Shown: positions 59,014-64,000 of the stretch, in pieces
Layout: the number at the start of each line of letters is the position of its first letter
Position numbering within the stretch: the first letter of the stretch is position 1
Assembly (NCBI GenBank): GCA_900617105.1
Contig: UYFQ01000001.1
Coordinates: forward strand, 3,906,001 to 3,970,000
Source: Hydrurus foetidus
Lineage: Eukaryota
Reading direction: 5' to 3'
DNA: 64,000 nt
Notes under the pieces: model-generated
Databases searched by the model: none
Told to the model about the DNA's origin: nothing
What the model saw: only the letters and a program-made list of their open reading frames with translations
Program-made: the position numbers and the translations under genes

Positions 59014-59734
59014 GTGCGCCAGCGCCGCGTGCAATGTCTTGCAGCGTGTTCAGTGCACACACGCAGGCTGCGCGCAAGCCGCGAATCATGTCATTCAACG
59101 CCAGGTGCGGCGTACCTTGTTCGGGCAGGTATGGCACATGAATAAAGCCCCCGCGGGGTGCCTGCAACCGGCTGCGCTTTGATTGGGTGTTGGCTGCAGA
59201 TGCACTGGCTGCGGCATGCAACTGATGCATTAGCGCGTAAAAAACATGATTGCAAACAAAGGTGCCAGCGGTTTGCGAAATCTCAGCGGGCACGCCCTCG
59301 TTTTCAATCGCCTGCTGCATGGCTTTGATGGGCAGGGTACTGAAGTAAGCAGCCGGCCCCCGCTTGATGACGGGCAAGTCGACTGGCTGCGCGTCGGCGT
59401 TGTCGGCGATGCGTGCGTCTTGAATGTTGATAGCCACGCGCTCCAGCGACAAGGTGCTGCGCCCGCCCGCTTGCCCCACAGCAATCACCAGCGCGGGTTG
59501 GTGTTGGCGAAGTAGGCGCTTAAGCACTTTGGTCGATGCGGCAAACTCTGTTGGCAATTGGGCAGCTATGACTCGGTGGCCGCCAATGGCCTCACCTTGC
59601 AGCGCCTGCACCGCTAGCCAGCTGGGGTTGACGGTGTCTCCGCCAAAGGCATCAAACCCGGTGAGCAAAATGGTGGGTAGCGCGGGCGCAGTTGGCGCTC
59701 GGGTTTTAGATTTATCGGGTTCGGTCGTACGCAC
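59006..59734 (-). CDS. pcp: Pyroglutamyl-peptidase I
   Basis: LLTGFDAF...NPSW, GQAGGR, ERVAIN, AGTFVCNH, GFIHVP. Confidence 0.95.
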   Translation of the reverse strand: MRTTEPDKSKTRAPTAPALPTILLTGFDAFGGDTVNPSWLAVQALQGEAIGGHRVIAAQLPTEFAASTKVLKRLLRQHQPALVIAVGQAGGRSTLSLERVAINIQDARIADNADAQPVDLPVIKRGPAAYFSTLPIKAMQQAIENEGVPAEISQTAGTFVCNHVFYALMHQLHAAASASAANTQSKRSRLQAPRGGFIHVPYLPEQGTPHLALNDMIRGLRAACVCALNTLQDIARGAGALS

Positions 59735-59766
59735 CCGCTTATTGTGCAGGTTTGCCCGCCGCAGTC

Positions 59767-60444
59767 TCAGTTGGTGACCATCGCCCCGGTTTTTCCATCG
59801 AACTTAATGGTCACTACTTTGCCGCTTTGCCCCGGAAAGTTGTTGAGCGCCGCGCGCACTAAAAACGGCAGCACGGTGGTCAGCTCTTCAATGTCGCCTT
59901 CATAAACAACGCGCGACTCAAACACGGCTCGTGGTTTGCCAGCGTTGCCAGCCGATGCCGCCGTATCCAGCAGCCGCAGTCGCAAATTGCTAACTCGCAC
60001 ACTGCGTACTACCGTGCGGTCACCCACGTAACGGCTGCCGAAAGGGTCAGACGCCCAGAACCCTCCAAACACATTGCCCGCCGCGTCGCGGTACGGCGGG
60101 TGGTACAGCAAATTGTCTTGGTAAATTGGCTGCCGGTAGGTTCGGTTGCGAGTGCCATTGCCAGTCACCACATCAACCTGAAAGCGCCCTAACTGCTCGA
60201 GTGGTGCCCGCTTGAGCGCAAGCTTTTCAAGCTCAACCTGAATGGTTTTTTCATACGACTGCTGCTCAAGGTCGTTCATCGCATCGGCCGGCCGGATAAA
60301 ACTAAAGCTGGCCCCGGCAGCGTCACTGGGCCACTGGTTAAAGCTGGTGACTTTTGTAGTGATGGGGCTGGCGCAGGCGGCTAGCAGTGCGAGTGTCGCG
60401 GCAGCCATCGGCCAAAGAAATAACCTGGGTTTAGTGGAGTTCAT
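59767..60444 (-). CDS. DUF4136-like lipoprotein
   Basis: Lipobox LAA-C, SFNQWP, VFESR, FPGQSG. Confidence 0.75.
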   Translation of the reverse strand: MNSTKPRLFLWPMAAATLALLAACASPITTKVTSFNQWPSDAAGASFSFIRPADAMNDLEQQSYEKTIQVELEKLALKRAPLEQLGRFQVDVVTGNGTRNRTYRQPIYQDNLLYHPPYRDAAGNVFGGFWASDPFGSRYVGDRTVVRSVRVSNLRLRLLDTAASAGNAGKPRAVFESRVVYEGDIEELTTVLPFLVRAALNNFPGQSGKVVTIKFDGKTGAMVTN

Positions 60445-60651
60445 AAGCAATCAGACTCATCTCTCTGGCGTTTGTTCCGCATTGAGTTGCGGCTCTAGTA
60501 CAGTCGGAGTCGCGCGGAGTAAACCAATGGCACAACGAGTATTCAAAATAGGCAGCCGGTACAACGCTGTAACTAACTGCTACCCGTCAGGCAACCCAAA
60601 TGCTGCGGCGTCAGGACTGGCTGGCCCCGCCACAACACATCAGGAGACACC

Positions 60652-61548
60652 ATGAAATGGGAAGGCAATCGCGAGTCAAGCAACGTTGAAGACCGGCGCG
60701 GCGAGGGCGGCTCGGGCGGTGGTGGCGGTTTGGGCGGCCTGATCGGTGGACGCGGCATTGGCGTGGGTACGATTGTTGTGGCTTTGCTAGGTGGCTGGAT
60801 ATTCGGTATCAATCCCCTCACCATCATCAGCATGTTGAGCGGCGGCGGTGCGCCCACTGCCCAAGTTGCCCAGCAAGGGCCCGCCCAGCGGCCACCGGCC
60901 GACGACCGCATGGCCAAATTTGTAGGCACTGTGCTGGCCGACACCGAAGATGTCTGGAAAGACGTGTTCACCAAAGGCGGCGCCACTTACAAAGAGCCGC
61001 GTTTAGTGTTGTTCAGGGGCAGCACTAGCACGGGCGGCTGCGGCGCTGGGCAGTCGGCGATGGGCCCGTTTTATTGCCCAGCTGACCAAAAGGTATACAT
61101 CGACTTGGCGTTTTACGAAACGCTGACCAAGCGCCTTGGTGCACCCGGCGACTTTGCGCAGGCCTACGTGATTGCGCATGAAGTTGGCCACCACGTGCAA
61201 AACCTGCTGGGTATAAGCGGCAAAATGGACCAAATGCGCAGCCGGGTGAGCAAAACCGAGTTCAACGCGCTGAGCGTACGGCTTGAGTTGCAAGCCGACT
61301 GCTTTGCAGGCGTGTGGGCGCACCATGCGCAAAACCAGCGGCAAATTTTGCAGCAAGGCGATGTAGAAGAAGCCATGAACGCAGCGGCCAAAATTGGTGA
61401 CGACGCGCTGGCGCGGTCTGCTGGTGGGGCGGTGGTGCCCGAGAGTTTTACCCACGGCACCAGCGCCCAAAGGCAACGCTGGTTTGACAACGGCCTGAAA
61501 AACGGTAGCGTGAAAGCTTGCGACACGTTTTCAGCCAAAAACCTGTAA
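60652..61548 (+). CDS. ypfJ: YpfJ-family neutral zinc metallopeptidase
   Basis: SSNVEDRR, GPFYCPAD, AYVIAHEVGHHVQ, ELQADC.AG, SFTHGTS.QR. Confidence 0.93.
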   Translation: MKWEGNRESSNVEDRRGEGGSGGGGGLGGLIGGRGIGVGTIVVALLGGWIFGINPLTIISMLSGGGAPTAQVAQQGPAQRPPADDRMAKFVGTVLADTEDVWKDVFTKGGATYKEPRLVLFRGSTSTGGCGAGQSAMGPFYCPADQKVYIDLAFYETLTKRLGAPGDFAQAYVIAHEVGHHVQNLLGISGKMDQMRSRVSKTEFNALSVRLELQADCFAGVWAHHAQNQRQILQQGDVEEAMNAAAKIGDDALARSAGGAVVPESFTHGTSAQRQRWFDNGLKNGSVKACDTFSAKNL

Positions 61549-61731
61549 AAACAGTGCTTTTTGGGCGTTAAATTGGCATCTAGTCCAATAAACACGGGCG
61601 CAATTAGCTATTAATAATGTAGCTATTTGTCGTCGTCGATTTCAGGGTGAGTTGACTCAATTGCGCCACGCACGGGTGGCAACAACCTGTTAGGCAGCAA
61701 AAACCCTCAAGATGCGACAATATAGGTCTAC

Positions 61732-63189
61732 ATGACCTCATCATTTTCAAATCTTTCCCTGGCCCCCCAGTTGGCCCGCGCCGTAGCCGAGATGGGCTAC
61801 GAAACCATGACGCCTATTCAAGAGCAAGCCATCCCGGTGGTGCTTGAAGGCAAAGACGTGATGGGTGCTGCTCAAACAGGTACCGGCAAAACAGCCGCAT
61901 TTGCCCTGCCGCTGCTGCAGCGCATGATGAAGCACGAAAACGCGTCGACGTCCCCTGCTCGCCACCCGGTGCGAGCATTGGTGTTGCTGCCCACGCGCGA
62001 GCTGGCCGTGCAGGTGGCCGAGCAGGTTGAGCTTTATGCCAAGTACACCAACCTGCGCAGCGCGGTCGTTTTCGGCGGCATGGACATGAAACCGCAAACG
62101 CTGGCGCTAAAAGCCGGCGTTGAAGTACTGGTAGCCACACCTGGCCGCCTGCTGGACCACATTGAAGCCAAAAACGCGGTGCTAAACCAAGTCGAATACG
62201 TCGTGCTGGACGAAGCCGACCGCATGCTGGACATCGGCTTTTTGCCCGATCTGCAGCGCATTTTGAGTTACCTGCCCAAGCAGCGAATCACGCTTTTGTT
62301 TTCAGCCACGTTCTCGCCTGAAATCAAACGCTTGGCATCGAGCTATTTGCAAGAACCGGTAACGATTGAAGTTGCCCGTTCTAACGCCACGGCATCTACG
62401 GTAGAGCAACATTTCTACAGCGTGAGCGCAGACGACAAGCGCCGCGCGCTGCACCAAATTCTAAAAACACGCGGCATGAAGCAAGCGTTTGTGTTCGTTA
62501 ACAGCAAGCTGGGCTGCGCCCGCTTGGCGCGCTCGCTTGAAAAAGAGGGTTTAAAAACCACCGCGCTGCACGGCGACAAAAGCCAGGACGAGCGCCTGAA
62601 AGCACTCGAAGCATTCAAAAGCGGAGAGGTCGACTTGCTGGTGTGCACCGATGTAGCCGCTCGCGGGCTGGACATCAAAGACGTGCCAGCCGTGTTTAAC
62701 TTCGACGTGCCCTTTAATGCCGAAGACTACGTGCACCGCATCGGCCGTACAGGCCGGGCGGGCGCATCAGGCCTTGCAGTGAGTTTTGTGGCCAGCAGCG
62801 ACCAACGCTTGGTCACTGACATTGAAAAACTCATTAAAACCAAAATCGAGCTGGAGCCCATGGTGTTTGATGAAGACCAAGCGCCAACGGGTCGCATCAA
62901 CGACGGCAGGCGCATGTACCGCGAAGCCGATGGTGCACCGCCCCGTGACGCAGCCCCGCGTGAGCACCGCGAGCCAAGGCCCTTCAGGGAACGACGCGAA
63001 GCACCACCGCATCGCCAAGCCGCAGTGCCACGTGACCCGTTTTTCGACCAGCCGTACGAGTCCACGGCAGCACCCGATGCGCAACCGGCTTGGGAAGCAG
63101 CTGCCAAAGCTGCGCCCGCACGCAGCGGTGTGTCGGCCAACATCAAACCGAAGAAAAAAATCGCTGCGCTGTTCAAAATCAGTGCTTGA
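61732..63189 (+). CDS. DEAD-box RNA helicase (RhlE-like)
   Basis: TPIQ, AQTGTGKT, PTRELA, TPGR, LDEAD, SAT, ARGLD, HRIGRTGR. Confidence 0.96.
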   Translation: MTSSFSNLSLAPQLARAVAEMGYETMTPIQEQAIPVVLEGKDVMGAAQTGTGKTAAFALPLLQRMMKHENASTSPARHPVRALVLLPTRELAVQVAEQVELYAKYTNLRSAVVFGGMDMKPQTLALKAGVEVLVATPGRLLDHIEAKNAVLNQVEYVVLDEADRMLDIGFLPDLQRILSYLPKQRITLLFSATFSPEIKRLASSYLQEPVTIEVARSNATASTVEQHFYSVSADDKRRALHQILKTRGMKQAFVFVNSKLGCARLARSLEKEGLKTTALHGDKSQDERLKALEAFKSGEVDLLVCTDVAARGLDIKDVPAVFNFDVPFNAEDYVHRIGRTGRAGASGLAVSFVASSDQRLVTDIEKLIKTKIELEPMVFDEDQAPTGRINDGRRMYREADGAPPRDAAPREHREPRPFRERREAPPHRQAAVPRDPFFDQPYESTAAPDAQPAWEAAAKAAPARSGVSANIKPKKKIAALFKISA

Positions 63190-63319
63190 TCAAGCTGCGT
63201 AGCGCAGTCTTCTGCACGCAAGACTTCAGCTAATAACCTCACGCTCGTCAGCCGCAGCTTACGAGCTGCCAAGCCCCTGTCTGGTGGCAACTGTCACGGT
63301 CACTGTCTATGCTGGCAAC

Positions 63320-64000
63320 ATGATTGTGAAAGCCGCTCGGCGCGTTTATTTACCACTGTGGCTTGCAGTTAAGCAATGGCTAGATGCCGATGGCCTTCGC
63401 ATGAGCGCCGCCATGTCTTTTTACGGCATTCTCAGCCTGGCGCCGCTGCTGGTTTTACTGGTGGCAGTACTGGGCTGGTGGCTGGACCGCACTTTTATCG
63501 AAACCAGTTTGGTGAACCAGATCAGCAGCGTGATTGGCGAGCAGGGCGCACAAGTTGTCAAGCAAGCTATTGCCAGCGCAAAAGAGCCGTCTGAGGGCAT
63601 TGCTGCTTCACTGATTGCCTTTGTGTTGCTATTGTCTGGCGCTACGGGTGTGTTCGCCGAGCTGCAAGACGCTTTTGAGCGGCTGTGGCGGCAAGGCAGT
63701 GGCCTGGCGCCCACGCAAAAGTGGTGGTACAGCGCCACGCTGCGGCTGCGCGGTGTGGCGTACATATTGGCGTTTGGTTTTTTGCTGTTGATTTCGCTGG
63801 TGGTGTCGACCGCTTTGGGGCTGATGTCGTCTTGGGTTGGCAGCTATTTGCCGATTGAAAAAATTGCGTTTGGCATTAACGAAATTTTTTCGTTTGTGTT
63901 TTGCGTGGCGCTTTTTGTAGCGCTAATGCGTATGAGCGCTGGTCCTAAACCGTCGCTTCGCTACCTGGTGATGGGCGCCGCAGCAGGCGCCGTGTTGTTT
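63320..64000 (+). CDS. YihY/BrkB family membrane protein (partial, runs off the window)
   Basis: Hand translation MIVKAARRVYLPLWLAVKQWLDADGLRMSAAMSFYGILSLAP...SGATGVFAELQDAFERLW. Confidence 0.88.
   Translation, partial: MIVKAARRVYLPLWLAVKQWLDADGLRMSAAMSFYGILSLAPLLVLLVAVLGWWLDRTFIETSLVNQISSVIGEQGAQVVKQAIASAKEPSEGIAASLIAFVLLLSGATGVFAELQDAFERLWRQGSGLAPTQKWWYSATLRLRGVAYILAFGFLLLISLVVSTALGLMSSWVGSYLPIEKIAFGINEIFSFVFCVALFVALMRMSAGPKPSLRYLVMGAAAGAVLF

Larger units (their letters stand above)
3112..61623. repeat. Dispersed ~50-bp repeat family, 13 copies (consensus about GCTAT-N8-TAGCTGCTCGCGCCCGTATTTATTGGGCTAGAGGCC)
   Basis: Approximate copies: 3112-3160(+), 6187-6226(-), 12551-12598(-), 17833-17883(+), 21306-21347(-), 25310-25357(+), 27641-27688(+), 29446-29494(-), 37945-37993(+), 40681-40726(+), 45326-45374(-), 46961-47001(+), 61575-61623(-). 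Confidence 0.88.

Noticed and set aside
1..64000. CRISPR array or cas locus (prompted by the Cas4-like domain and the repeats)
   Set aside because: Repeats are dispersed rather than regularly spaced with spacers, and no cas genes are recognisable

Overview
Chromosomal, mostly housekeeping/metabolic window from a Betaproteobacterium; gene content and repeat families suggest Comamonadaceae (Polaromonas-like), which is an inference. Its dominant theme is purine and urea nitrogen scavenging: urease (ureA-small ORF-ureBCEFG, with ureD displaced about 20 kb), an NMT1/THI5-type ABC importer, uraD-allantoate amidohydrolase fusion, puuE, uraH, xdhC, puuD, xdhAB, a LysR regulator, a BMP-type ABC importer, a Rieske oxygenase, add and guaD, with queE/queD embedded. 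It also holds tRNA-Ser(TGA), an infA paralog, an MdtABC-OMF RND pump, a nuclease-DinG/XPD helicase, dcd, yqjD/E/K-like genes, pcp, ypfJ, a DEAD-box helicase and a partial yihY. No CRISPR array, integrase, transposase or prophage is visible. The most unusual signals are non-genic: (1) a ~530 bp nested palindrome inside the mdtB-mdtC junction flanked by mirror-image synonymous-site skews; (2) a ~50 bp repeat in 13 copies, four inside proteins and three supplying stop codons; (3) a palindromic REP-like insert translated inside UreC; (4) a 16-codon leader ORF coupled to queE; (5) several microproteins missed by the ORF track; (6) an M20 hydrolase with altered metal ligands; (7) twin sigma54 promoters. 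All calls are by eye, with no database searches.
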